DNA of 64,000 nucleotides from an uncultured Gemmatimonadaceae bacterium (lineage in GTDB: Bacteria; Gemmatimonadota; Gemmatimonadetes; Gemmatimonadales; Gemmatimonadaceae): NCBI GenBank assembly GCA_963740355.1, contig CAVUDW010000001.1, positions 119,016 to 183,015 on the forward strand, given 5' to 3'. The notes under the pieces are model-generated. The model was not told the DNA's origin. It ran no database searches and saw only the letters and a list, made by a program, of their open reading frames with translations. The stretch's first letter is position 1, and the number at the start of each line of letters is the position of its first letter. The position numbers and the translations under genes are program-made. Below, piece by piece: positions 1-9,864 of this stretch.

Positions 1-320
1 ACCGCTTCCGGCGAGAAGGTCGGTCGGCCGTCGGCACCGACGTACAACTTCTGGCCCGGATAGATCAGGTTCGCGTTGGCAATCGTGCTGGTGTTGGCGC
101 GGAACAGCTCGGGCCAGCGCAGCGGATTGCCGAGATACTTGCGCGCGATTTCATAGAGCGTGTCGCCCTGTCGCACCGTGTGCAACACGGTGCCGGGCTT
201 CGGAGCTGCCGTGCTGTCGCGCTGCTGCGCCTGTGCCAGGGCCGGCGAGCCGACGAGCAGCAGGGCGAGGATCACGTTACGCAGGCGGCGCGCAACAGGG
301 GCCTTCGGATGACGGCGCAT
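1..320 (-). CDS. LysM peptidoglycan-binding secreted protein (runs off the window edge)
   Basis: Hand translation from ATG at 320: MRRHPKAPVARRLRNVILALLLVGSPALAQ (signal peptide) ... HTVRQGDTLYEIARKYLGNPLRWPELFRAN...NANLIYPGQKL (LysM). Not in the ORF track. Confidence 0.85.
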   Translation of the reverse strand, partial: MRRHPKAPVARRLRNVILALLLVGSPALAQAQQRDSTAAPKPGTVLHTVRQGDTLYEIARKYLGNPLRWPELFRANTSTIANANLIYPGQKLYVGADGRPTFSPEA

Positions 321-688
321 ACTGGTGGGGAGCGCGGGGATCGTCCACATCAAGCACGACGCGCGAAGCGGTCGCACCACGGAGGGGCCCCGCCACAGGT
401 GCGGTTCCCCGATCAGGGACGAGTATCGGCCGCGGAGGAAACGTCGTGAGCGCAGGCCAGAGGAGCCCACAAACATCCATGCCCGAAATCGCCGGTTCTG
501 ATATGTCAGGCATTGCCTGATAGCGCCGCTGGACATCGTTACTCCGTCACCGTTCTATCCACCGACGAGTACTTCGCCGGCGACCCGCCGACCACCCGCA
601 CTCCCCCTCCGCCAATGCCAGGCGCGAGGGCTGCGTTGGGCCTTGCGCGACCGACCGAGCGACTTCACCCCTCTCGGGGAGCCGGCGC

Positions 689-2716
689 ATGGCCTTGGAC
701 ACACAAATGCTGCATGCCGCACTGCAGCTGCCTCATGGGTACTGCTACCTCTGGGATCCGGGCCTGATCTGGCTGCACGCGCTCTCGGATGGCTTGATCG
801 GTGCCGCGTACTTCGCGATCCCGATCGTACTGGCCCGCTTCCTTCGCCAGCGGAAGGACATTCCCTTCAACGGCATCGTCTGGTGCTTCGCCGTCTTCAT
901 CCTTGCCTGCGGCGCCACGCACTGGATCAGCGTCGTCAATATCTGGGTGCCGAGCTGGTGGACATCGGGAGGCTTGAAGGCGCTGACCGCCGCCGCATCG
1001 CTTCCGACGGCCTTCCTGCTGCATCGCATGACACCGATGCTGGTTGCGTTGCCAAGCCCGACGCAACTGCACGCGGCCAACGCCACACTCGCGGCAGAAA
1101 TCGCAGAGCGCAAGAAAATCGAGCAGATGCTCCGCGAGTCGCAGGCCGAACTGGAAAAGCGCGTCGAAGAGCGTACCACCGAACTCGCGCGCGCAAATGC
1201 GTCCCTGCGCCTGCTCGAGTCAGCCGTGACACAGTCCACCGATGCGTTCACCATCACGACCGGCGATCTCGATGCACCGGGACCAAAGATCGTGTTTGCC
1301 AACCCTGCGATGACACGGATCACGGGCTACCCGCTTGACGACCTGCTGGGCAAGACGCCGCGAATCCTGCAGGGCCCAAAGACGGACCATGAGATGTTGT
1401 CCGAAATGCGGCGTACCCTGACCGAGACGGGCGCATTCGCAGGCGAGACCCTGAACTATCGCGCGGATGGCGGTGAGTTCGTGATGAGCTGGAAGGTGAC
1501 CCCGATCCGCGACGAGGATGGCATGATCGGGCACTATCTCGCCGTCCAACGGGATGTGACGGAACAGCGCGATCTCGAACTCCAGTTTCGACAGGCACAG
1601 AAGATGGAAGCCGTCGGCCAGCTGGCGGGCGGAATTGCGCACGACTTCAACAACCTGCTCACCGCAATCCAAGGCAACTGCGCGCTGCTGATGGAGGATA
1701 TACCAGCCCCGGATCCTCGTCGTGTGTTCGTCGAGGAGATCGACGATGCGGGCGCGCGTGCAGCTCGGTTGACACGGCAACTTCTCGCGTTCAGTCGGCG
1801 GCAGATTCGCCAGCCGACCGCGATCAGCCTCGACGTCGTCGTGACCGACGCGCTCCGCCTGTTGGGTCGCCTGCTCGGCGAACGCATCGATGTTCGATTC
1901 GCACCCACCAAGGATCTAGGCCTGGTCTGGGCGGACCCCGATCAGTTGGAACAGGTGGTGCTGAACCTGGCGGTCAACGCGCGCGACGCGATGCCACAGG
2001 GCGGCACCCTCACGATCGAGACCGCGAATGTGGAGCTCGACGGTGACTACGCCGGCATGCACATGTCCGTGATCCCCGGTTCGTACGTGATGCTCTGCGT
2101 GACGGACACCGGTTCCGGCATGCCACCGGAGACGATCACTCGAATTTTCGAACCCTTCTTCACCACGAAGCCCGTGGGTCAGGGTACCGGTCTCGGATTG
2201 TCCACGCTCTATGGCATCGTGAAACAGAGCCGCGGCAATGTCTGGGTGTATTCGGAGCCGGGTCGGGGCACCACCTTCAAGGTCTACCTCCCGCGAGTGT
2301 CGGATCCCGCGGTCAGGGTGACGCGGCCCACTCCTGTGTCATCGACGCTCGTGCTGGGTTCGGGCGTTGTGCTGCTCGTCGAGGATGACCCCGCGGTCCG
2401 CAGCCTTGCCGCACGCATGCTGCGACGCGCAGGATACGATGTGATCGATGCGGCGACGCCGGCGATCGCACTCGAGATTGCACGGGACGAGTCGGTCCAC
2501 ATCGACATCCTGCTGACGGATGTCGTGATGGCAGGTCTGACGGGGCCCGAACTCGCCGCTGCGGTCCGTGAACGACGACCCTCTATCCGCGTCGCTTTCA
2601 TGTCTGGGTACACCGACACGGCGCTCGACGCACACCAACTAGCGGACGCGCACGCTGTGCTCATCTCGAAGCCGTTCACGGGCAGTTCGCTCACCGCGCA
2701 GATCGCCAAGGTGTGA
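689..2716 (+). CDS. Hybrid sensor histidine kinase/response regulator: ethylene-receptor-like TM domain, PAS, HisKA, HATPase, REC
   Basis: SDGLIGAAYFAIP...FILACGATH (ETR1-like); PAS GKTPRILQG; H-box GIAHDFNN; N-box NLAVNARDAM; GTGLGL; REC LLTDVVM...KPF. Confidence 0.93.
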   Translation: MALDTQMLHAALQLPHGYCYLWDPGLIWLHALSDGLIGAAYFAIPIVLARFLRQRKDIPFNGIVWCFAVFILACGATHWISVVNIWVPSWWTSGGLKALTAAASLPTAFLLHRMTPMLVALPSPTQLHAANATLAAEIAERKKIEQMLRESQAELEKRVEERTTELARANASLRLLESAVTQSTDAFTITTGDLDAPGPKIVFANPAMTRITGYPLDDLLGKTPRILQGPKTDHEMLSEMRRTLTETGAFAGETLNYRADGGEFVMSWKVTPIRDEDGMIGHYLAVQRDVTEQRDLELQFRQAQKMEAVGQLAGGIAHDFNNLLTAIQGNCALLMEDIPAPDPRRVFVEEIDDAGARAARLTRQLLAFSRRQIRQPTAISLDVVVTDALRLLGRLLGERIDVRFAPTKDLGLVWADPDQLEQVVLNLAVNARDAMPQGGTLTIETANVELDGDYAGMHMSVIPGSYVMLCVTDTGSGMPPETITRIFEPFFTTKPVGQGTGLGLSTLYGIVKQSRGNVWVYSEPGRGTTFKVYLPRVSDPAVRVTRPTPVSSTLVLGSGVVLLVEDDPAVRSLAARMLRRAGYDVIDAATPAIALEIARDESVHIDILLTDVVMAGLTGPELAAAVRERRPSIRVAFMSGYTDTALDAHQLADAHAVLISKPFTGSSLTAQIAKV

Positions 2717-2754
2717 CCGCAGCTGAGGGTGCGGCGCAGCGTGAGCACCTGAAG

Positions 2755-2797
2755 GCAGAACGCCTCCCGTCGGATGGTGCGACGGGAGGCGTTCTGC
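2755..2797. terminator. Perfect 18-bp inverted repeat, probable bidirectional terminator
   Basis: GCAGAACGCCTCCCGTCG-gatggtg-CGACGGGAGGCGTTCTGC just downstream of the kinase stop. Confidence 0.7.
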
Positions 2798-3099
2798 AAC
2801 CGGAAAAGCGGACGGTCAAAATGGTACTATCCCATCGACGCCTTGTCGTTATTGCGTATATCGTGCAGATATAAAGACATACCGCACGACGCATCGCAAC
2901 CTTGTCGTTTTTCAGCCATCGATTCCATCTTCACGGCATCCATCGCGTCCATCAGACCTCTCCCGCGGTCACCATCGGGCGGTCTTCCGGCCGAGCAGTC
3001 ACGACCCACACAGTGAGTATAAGGGGACTACCGTCGGCATGACCGTCGGACGTACCATTGACCCGATCTCGCGCCATTGCGGTGCACCGCCGTTCTCAA

Positions 3100-4564
3100 C
3101 GCGGCCGGCTAGCGGCATCGCGCAACTCCGGGGCATTGAATTTCGACCACAGCACGACGACCGCGCTGGCTCCCTCGCCGGGCTTCTAGTCAGGCCGATC
3201 TCCGGAACTACCAAACTGCGCCGGCGCGTCGGCAGGGTTTGAATACACTTTGATGCCACCGACGTCGGCAAACGGGAGCACATCGTCGAGCAGGCTTCCA
3301 ACGCGGCCCAGGTCGCCTTGGAGCAGCAAGCTGTCGATTAGACGACCGGTCGGCATCCACCTCGTCCACGCAGACCGCCGCCACGCATCGCTGGCGCCAT
3401 GTACAGGGCGCCCGGAACGCTCGTCGCTCCGTTCGCTCGTGCCCGCGCTGCCCTGACAAAAATGGCCGAGTCCATTCTTTCCGCGCGCGTCAAAGCCGAC
3501 GTCGTCACGAGTCGGCGCCGAGTACGCCGTCACAGAATCGAGCGTCGGCGTCCGCTCGCGCAAAATGGGATCGAGCGTGACAACTTGATCGGGCCGGAGA
3601 TCTGCAGCCAGTCGCAGTGGAGGGTAGCGGATCATTATGACGTCGATCCTTCTGGTGCCCGTCGGCGGTCCGGTCATGCGAGAGGTGCCGTCTAGCGCAG
3701 CCTCCGCGAATGCGCCGGCATAGGGTACCGTGACCCTCGCCCCGCCAATCGGACGGCCGCCCGCGTCCCGGATCGTACCGGCCAATCGCGCACTCCCACG
3801 GGCCTGCGGGAGTTCGCGCGAGGGAGCGGAATCAGCGGAAGCTTTCGTGTCGCCAACCGTCGACGCGGCATCGAGCGCGCTCGGCACGAGCATGTCCCGA
3901 TGCAGCAACGGCGTCTCGCCCGGCAGTCTCAGTTCGATCCCGGCTGTGTTTCCGCGCCCACCGCTGTCGGCAATCACCGCGTACAGAGCAAGCGGCACGT
4001 CAGTCGGAACGCCTCAGATCACATACCGACCGTCGCGTCTGACCACGCCGACCGCACGCTCGGTGGTGCGCTCTTCACCTGCAGTCGAAATCTGTAGCGC
4101 GCCCCAGCCCACGATGACCTGCGCCGCATCGGGCACGTCTCCAGTCGCCGCGTCTCGTACGCGACCGAGGACGACGCGCGTGGTTTCGCGTTGCGCCCCG
4201 CAAAAGCCCGCATGGCACCCGGCAACGAGAGGTTCGCGGTCACTATGGCGCCGCGCCCCGTCACAGACAGCAACCGCGCCACAGCATCGAACCCCAGCGA
4301 GTCGAATCGCGCGTGCTGAAAGCCGAATGTGTACTGCCCTACGGGTACGTCTCGGATCGCGAAGCGACCGGCGGTAGCTGAGATGGCAGTGAAGCCTCCG
4401 GACAACGGTGCGGCAGTTGGCACTGGCTGCACCCACGCCGCCATAAAATGACCACCAGCCAAGCTGTCGATGACTTCGCCTCGCACGGCCACCTGAGCCC
4501 CAGCGGCGCTGGCAGTGAGAAGGTCCACGCTGCATCACACAAGGAAAATCCGACAACGCGGCAT
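3100..4564 (-). pseudogene. Degraded secreted protein with carboxypeptidase-regulatory-like domains and a TonB-plug-like C-terminus
   Basis: Signal peptide MPRCRIFLV*CSVDLLTASAAGAQ has an in-frame TGA. Fragments in different frames: VRGEVIDSL, GRFAIRDVPVGQY, LGRVRDAATG, LAGTIRDAGGRPIGGARV, GIKVYSNPADAPAQF, AVVVLWSK. Confidence 0.7.
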
Positions 4565-5368
4565 CAGGAAACCTCGGATCGAAAAACGTTGGGCGACCAC
4601 ATCCTGTAAGTCGGTCCACGACTGAAGGGTCCACGATGACTCAAAATGAGGATGCGGCGGGCAGGGGTCTTTGACTGATGGTGCACTCGCGGACGAAGCA
4701 GGGGAAGCGCTGTAGTTAAGGCGACGTGTTGCATGCGCGGTAATCGTGTTCGCGTTGACAGGCAACGACGCAGACAACGGCGCAGAGGCGGCCAGATCAC
4801 ACTTTCAAACCACCGGCATCGCAGGAGGCGTCTCACTAGGAACTGTGCCGCAGACCGTTCGACTGGATAGAGCCTGGTCGCAACTAAGCGCACTCTAGCG
4901 CGAGTGAGAGGCCGCGAACCGCCATGCTTGCCTTTTCGTCTGGTTACGGTACTATACCCGTGCGACATCTCTGCGCTCCATCCAGAACACGGTGTTTCGG
5001 TGACCGCGCAAGGGAACGCAGTCGTGTGGACGCCCGAGCAGGGGTCCTCCGACAGGTGCACGCTCTGCACACCGGTGTCGAAGTACGAATTCCGCCCTGC
5101 TGGCCGTAGGTGGGGCTGAAATGCTCGAGCAATCAATGCACGCGACTGGTTTCAGACTGCGACCACGGAGCCACAAACCACGACACGCAGCGGCGCTACC
5201 GGACAGCGGAAAACAGCGTCTCCCCGATCGCCAGTCGTAGCGCTCGGGGCACGCATGAGTGAGCACGGGCGCGCGTCACTTCCGACGCCGCGCAACTGGG
5301 GTGGGGCACACGCGGTAGGCAACCGGACGGTGTGGGTCACTTCCCTTCTCATCAGCCAGGAGTTGCTC

Positions 5369-6862
5369 GTGACCGTACGAAATCGTTGGCTCAGTGTACC
5401 TACTGCCGCGCTTCTGGTGCTCGCAGGGTGTGCGCCAGATGTTAGGCAACCCGCCGAGCCCGAGGCACCAGCGGCTTTTCCCGTCGTCGCCGCGGTGGCG
5501 AAGAAAGTCCGTGGATCGGAGGTTGGTGGAGATCGACTCGGCTGCCTCGTGCAACAGCGCGACGCGGCAGGTGGCTTGGTGCAAACGCACATCGAGGGCC
5601 CGCAACTTCGGCTTGCGCCGAGACGTGGCGTCGTTCACTTGACGGAAGTTGCGGTCTCGGATGGCGTCACCGCACAATGCTTTTTAACGCGCCGCGATAC
5701 GATCGCCCGGGTCACGAGCGCGCTCCGACGCGTCGACCTCACTGCGGCCGTTTGGACGCAAGGCCGAGCAACGTCGGCAAGTGCCGCGGCACGAGGCGGA
5801 CTCGCCAGACAGTGGCTCACCGCGAAAATGAACGCACTCCTCGGAGCAGAGGCGAACACGCTGAAGACTGCTGGCGTCTCATTGACGCTTGGCGGCCTCC
5901 CCGACTGCCCGACGGACGTGATCTACATCGCTGGCAGCTGTCGAGCGAGGATCCACGGAGTGGCTGGTGACTCGTACATCTGGCTCGACCTGTATGATAT
6001 CACGTTCAAGATGAGCTACGCGCCTGTCGAGATGTCCGTCTATCTGCCCACCGAAGAGCAGGTCATTCAGTGGGCCATCTGCCAATTCTCGAGTGACATG
6101 GCGCAGGAGATGGACGCGGCGGCGCAGGTCGTACGAGCTGAATCCGACCTCGAGGCTGCAGCTTTCGCCCAGTCGGGCGGCAGCACAATCATGTGCGAGC
6201 ATGTGATGAACGTCGGCAACCGCGAATTGTGCATCGACTTGTTTATTCAGGAGCGTCGGATCGGCGCACCATTTACGTTCGGAGCGATTGTGGGAATGGG
6301 AGACAATCGCGGTTTTGACCCAGACGCGCCGCGGAAGGAGTCGCGGGTCCAAATCAATATCGACCCGGAGACTCTCGCGCTCAACGCGTTCATCAATGGC
6401 AGCACGGTCGAGATCCTGGGGGGGTGGACGCGGACGTATGGCGGCGACGGCACCGTTATCATCCAGAATGACGGCCCGAGCCACGACTGGCCCGCGAACG
6501 TGCGGCAGTTGTCATTTTCGCGCCTTAACGGTGATCCGAACACCGCCGTTCTCCAATATAACGTCGCTAACAATGTGTGTGGAAACTGGAGTCAGTGTCC
6601 CACGATCACGGGCCGCTGGGTGTTCAACAAGAACCCAGCAGGTGTATGGGTGGTAAATACTGCTCAATCACGAACCGACACGTTCCCGTCCCAGTCCGTG
6701 AACCGGTATGATCCGGCCGGTGGCGTATTCCGTAGCGTGTTGGAGATTCCGGAGGATGTGAAGGCGAAACTCAAGGGCTTGGACGACTTCCAGCAGATTG
6801 ACGGACGCATCCGCGCTGAGCAGACCAAACTCTTCATTGGGACAGGCTGCAACGGGATGTAG
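5369..6862 (+). CDS. Hypothetical lipoprotein with a possible polymorphic-toxin-like C-terminal domain
   Basis: AGGAG RBS before GTG 5369; lipobox LLVLAGC; long open frame; C-terminal LFIQ...GDNRGFDPDA...SRVQ motif. Confidence 0.7.
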   Translation: MTVRNRWLSVPTAALLVLAGCAPDVRQPAEPEAPAAFPVVAAVAKKVRGSEVGGDRLGCLVQQRDAAGGLVQTHIEGPQLRLAPRRGVVHLTEVAVSDGVTAQCFLTRRDTIARVTSALRRVDLTAAVWTQGRATSASAAARGGLARQWLTAKMNALLGAEANTLKTAGVSLTLGGLPDCPTDVIYIAGSCRARIHGVAGDSYIWLDLYDITFKMSYAPVEMSVYLPTEEQVIQWAICQFSSDMAQEMDAAAQVVRAESDLEAAAFAQSGGSTIMCEHVMNVGNRELCIDLFIQERRIGAPFTFGAIVGMGDNRGFDPDAPRKESRVQINIDPETLALNAFINGSTVEILGGWTRTYGGDGTVIIQNDGPSHDWPANVRQLSFSRLNGDPNTAVLQYNVANNVCGNWSQCPTITGRWVFNKNPAGVWVVNTAQSRTDTFPSQSVNRYDPAGGVFRSVLEIPEDVKAKLKGLDDFQQIDGRIRAEQTKLFIGTGCNGM

Positions 6863-7098
6863 GAGCTGGGTCGCGGTGGTGGTTGTGGCCCAGCGACGTA
6901 ACCATCCGGCGCTGGGTCACCGCCGAGCGATCTGCGTGGAACCCATGAGCAAGTAGCCAGCGCGTCTCGGCTCGCAGTTGCTCGTGACTTTGGACGGTGC
7001 CCTGCCGAATGCTCCATGCCAGCTTTGTCGCAGATGAGCATGGTGCTGCCGGTGCCACGGCCGCGGTAGAAGTCTTCTTTCGCTGTGAGAGTGTCGCG

Positions 7099-7596
7099 AT
7101 GTACAGCCGCGCCCTGAATTGGTGTCTCCGTCTCCTCCTCGACCTGTATGGTGAGTTCGCGCGATTCGCCTGCGCCTCCGCCATAGTGACCTGGGTGAGC
7201 ACAGGAGCCCTGATGCTATTGAGCCGAAGCGTGACAATACGGAGTGCGCTCTTCAGGGACCCCAACGTCTCGTGTGCCACGCTAACGGACTTTGTGGAGG
7301 TTGGCCGCACGATAGCGTATACGCTGCCGGTGCAGTTCTTCGCCTTTATTCCTATTCTTGCGGCAGTTCGCGTGCTGCAGTGGCGTGGTGCTCCAGCAAT
7401 GGTGACGCGAGCTGGCGCAGCGGTCTTCTGCGCCGTACTGGCGGGCGTTGTCGACTTTGTGCTGATTGCCGGCGTCTATGCCAACGTGCATGAATTCGGG
7501 GCGCTGATCGGTATTACGGGCGCCGCCATGTACGGACATTCGCGACTCAGCCAGCCGCTCGCGCCGCTGCACCACGACTTACGGTTTGGAAAGTAG
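7099..7596 (+). CDS. Hypothetical multi-pass membrane protein
   Basis: About 4 hydrophobic segments in ORF 6997..7596; start codon uncertain. Confidence 0.55.
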   Translation: MYSRALNWCLRLLLDLYGEFARFACASAIVTWVSTGALMLLSRSVTIRSALFRDPNVSCATLTDFVEVGRTIAYTLPVQFFAFIPILAAVRVLQWRGAPAMVTRAGAAVFCAVLAGVVDFVLIAGVYANVHEFGALIGITGAAMYGHSRLSQPLAPLHHDLRFGK

Positions 7597-7660
7597 CGTA
7601 GCGGCAGCGTGGGGCACACCGTCGCGACCTGCCGAACTACTGGGGGCTGATCGTACGGCA

Positions 7661-8959
7661 TTAGTCGCGGCAGTCCTGGCGGTATGCGAGACCAGTGTGG
7701 CGAAGCTCTGCCAGAACTGAGCGCGACGTTGCGAGCTGTACCGCCATTCGATCGACAACCGTCTCGCGTGGAAGGTCGAGCGCTTGGCTCACGCCAGCGA
7801 CAACTAAGGTGACGCTGCGCGCCGTGCCGGCCAATAAAAGCGAGCGCGGCAGGGTTCGGCAGTGCAGCACCGCCACTCGGTATGCAGCACCCAAAATATC
7901 AACGTCCTGCGCACCGTCCGTGTGCGTTGCAAAGGACAGTGTGTCAAAACGGATATCCTCCGAAAGCGCCTTGGCAAGCCGACGCTTGGCTTCAGACGCC
8001 GACGGCGAGTTGCTGAGCTCGAAGACCGAACGGCCTTGGGAGCCACCAATTGCCCGCGCGAGCGCTTCCTGCACGAAGTACGGGTAGAGATACGGCGCCT
8101 CGCGGTCCCGCAATGAGTGCGTCAGCGCCACGTGAGTCAGCTCGTGCGACGAGAAGCCAGCGCCCCGTGGCGCCATAAAGCTCACGCTCGGCAGTTGTGC
8201 GGCAGCCACGGTGAAATCTCCGTAGTACCCGTCGCGCCAGCGAACTGGGAAGTGCTGTACAAATGACGCCGCACTGACAAAGGCCACGATGAATGCGGGG
8301 CGTTTCGCCCGGCCGCCTACTATGTCTTCGATTTGTCTTAAGGTATCCGCGAGCGCGCGCGGAAGGTCGCTCGAGACTCCTGTCTCTGTGACGTAATTGA
8401 CGGTGTCGATCTGGACCAGCCTCAGGGCGGCATTCATGTCTTGAATGCCATGCGGATCGAGGGGGCTAGGGAGCACACCGACGGCGCCCAAGCGGAATAC
8501 GCCAGCGGCACGGCCGTCGATCGAGGCGCAGACAAGCGCGTTGAGCGAGGCATCTGGACCGTGCGCGTCAGCATCACTCGCGGTCCCGTAGGAGAGCTCC
8601 GTCCCTGGCGACTGTGACTGCAGCCAATACGCGAACAGGATTCTGTCGATCGTTGCGGTCCCATCCTTCAAGGTTGCGGGAGCGCCAAGCGATTCGTGCA
8701 AGAGCCGCGTCAAACGAGACGCGACGCTGTCTGGAAGGCGGGTCCGTGGGGTGTTCGCAACATGCGCGCAGCTGTCACCCCCAGACTGCGTCGGCAAAAC
8801 TCTGGCTTGGGTCGCAGGGCTTCGTGCCATGCCCGTCTGCAAGCAACCGGTGACCACAAATGCGAGGGCGACGCGCAAACCTCCGTGAGATGGCCGGGCC
8901 CACATGACAGTTGCCCGCATCAGACGCACGATGCGAGGCGCGTTGAGAGTGCTGCGCAT
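7661..8959 (-). CDS. Hypothetical secreted protein or lipoprotein with a zinc-metallopeptidase HExxH motif
   Basis: SSHELTHVAL followed by FVQEALARAIGG (gluzincin-like third ligand E); hydrophobic ALAFVVTGC near the N-terminus; start uncertain. Confidence 0.6.
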   Translation of the reverse strand: MRSTLNAPRIVRLMRATVMWARPSHGGLRVALAFVVTGCLQTGMARSPATQARVLPTQSGGDSCAHVANTPRTRLPDSVASRLTRLLHESLGAPATLKDGTATIDRILFAYWLQSQSPGTELSYGTASDADAHGPDASLNALVCASIDGRAAGVFRLGAVGVLPSPLDPHGIQDMNAALRLVQIDTVNYVTETGVSSDLPRALADTLRQIEDIVGGRAKRPAFIVAFVSAASFVQHFPVRWRDGYYGDFTVAAAQLPSVSFMAPRGAGFSSHELTHVALTHSLRDREAPYLYPYFVQEALARAIGGSQGRSVFELSNSPSASEAKRRLAKALSEDIRFDTLSFATHTDGAQDVDILGAAYRVAVLHCRTLPRSLLLAGTARSVTLVVAGVSQALDLPRETVVDRMAVQLATSRSVLAELRHTGLAYRQDCRD

Positions 8960-9176
8960 GTTTGAGGGGCGAATGCGGAGGAGGGTGATGCAAGCGCGTC
9001 GCGTACCGCAGTGCTGAAGTGTAACGCCGCCGACGCGCCGCCGAACCAGAAGCACCGAATCGCTCACAAGCACACCGCGACCGACCAGGCATCGCGACGC
9101 CGCGTCGCGGGCTGGCGTCTCGCGTGCGTCGTGCGGGTCGACCCCGGTTGCGCGGCCACGGCGCGATCGGAAACAC

Positions 9177-9213
9177 GACGCCCCTGGAACCCGATTTGGA
9201 TTTCGGGGGCGTC
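9177..9213. terminator. Hairpin downstream of ssb
   Basis: GACGCCCCtggaacccgatttggatttcgGGGGCGTC. Confidence 0.5.
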
Positions 9214-9239
9214 ACGCATCATGCAGTCCAGCTGGGGTT

Positions 9240-9752
9240 CTAGAACGGCAGATCGTCCTCTTCGTCCTCGAGCGCACCCGGGAAGTCGGAGAACTCGTCA
9301 CCACCGCTCTTCGCAGCCGAGGCGGCCGGCTTGGACGCTGGTGCTGCGGTCCGCGCCGGACGGGCCGATGCGCCGGAGTACGAGCCACCCTCCGACTCGC
9401 CATCACCACGACCACCGAGCAGGATCAGCTCGCGCACGCGAATCTCCGTGGAGTACCGCGTCTGGCCTTCCTTGTCCTGCCACTGACGGTATTCGATGGC
9501 GCCCTCGACATAAACCGGCTTGCCCTTCTTGCAGTACTGCTCGACCACGTCGGCCAGCTTCTGCGTCCCCTGGTTCCAGGCGATGCACTTATGCCATTCA
9601 GTCTTCTCCTGCTTGTTGCCCGACTGATCGTTCCAGGTACGGGACGTGGCAAGGGAGAAGCTGGCGACACGACCGCCGCCGGGGGTGGACCGAACCTCGG
9701 GATCATTCCCGAGATTCCCCATCAACATGACCTTGTTCAAGCTGCGTGACAT
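9240..9752 (-). CDS. ssb: Single-stranded DNA-binding protein
   Basis: SLNKVMLMGNLGNDPEVR, KTEWH, acidic tail DDLPF. Confidence 0.97.
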   Translation of the reverse strand: MSRSLNKVMLMGNLGNDPEVRSTPGGGRVASFSLATSRTWNDQSGNKQEKTEWHKCIAWNQGTQKLADVVEQYCKKGKPVYVEGAIEYRQWQDKEGQTRYSTEIRVRELILLGGRGDGESEGGSYSGASARPARTAAPASKPAASAAKSGGDEFSDFPGALEDEEDDLPF

Positions 9753-9864
9753 CGGCTTCGTCTCCAGAATGGACGGTGGGGCTGGTGACTCGGCGCAAGC
9801 GACGCCGGTCGGAACGACGGTACAGTGGGAAGCCCCTGCGCCGTGCTCGAAATTAATGCAGGTG

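Noticed and set aside
4580..4910. Integron attC sites (GTTGGGC and GTTAAGG cores)
   Set aside because: No paired RYYYAAC/GTTRRRY with L boxes, no repeated units, no intI.
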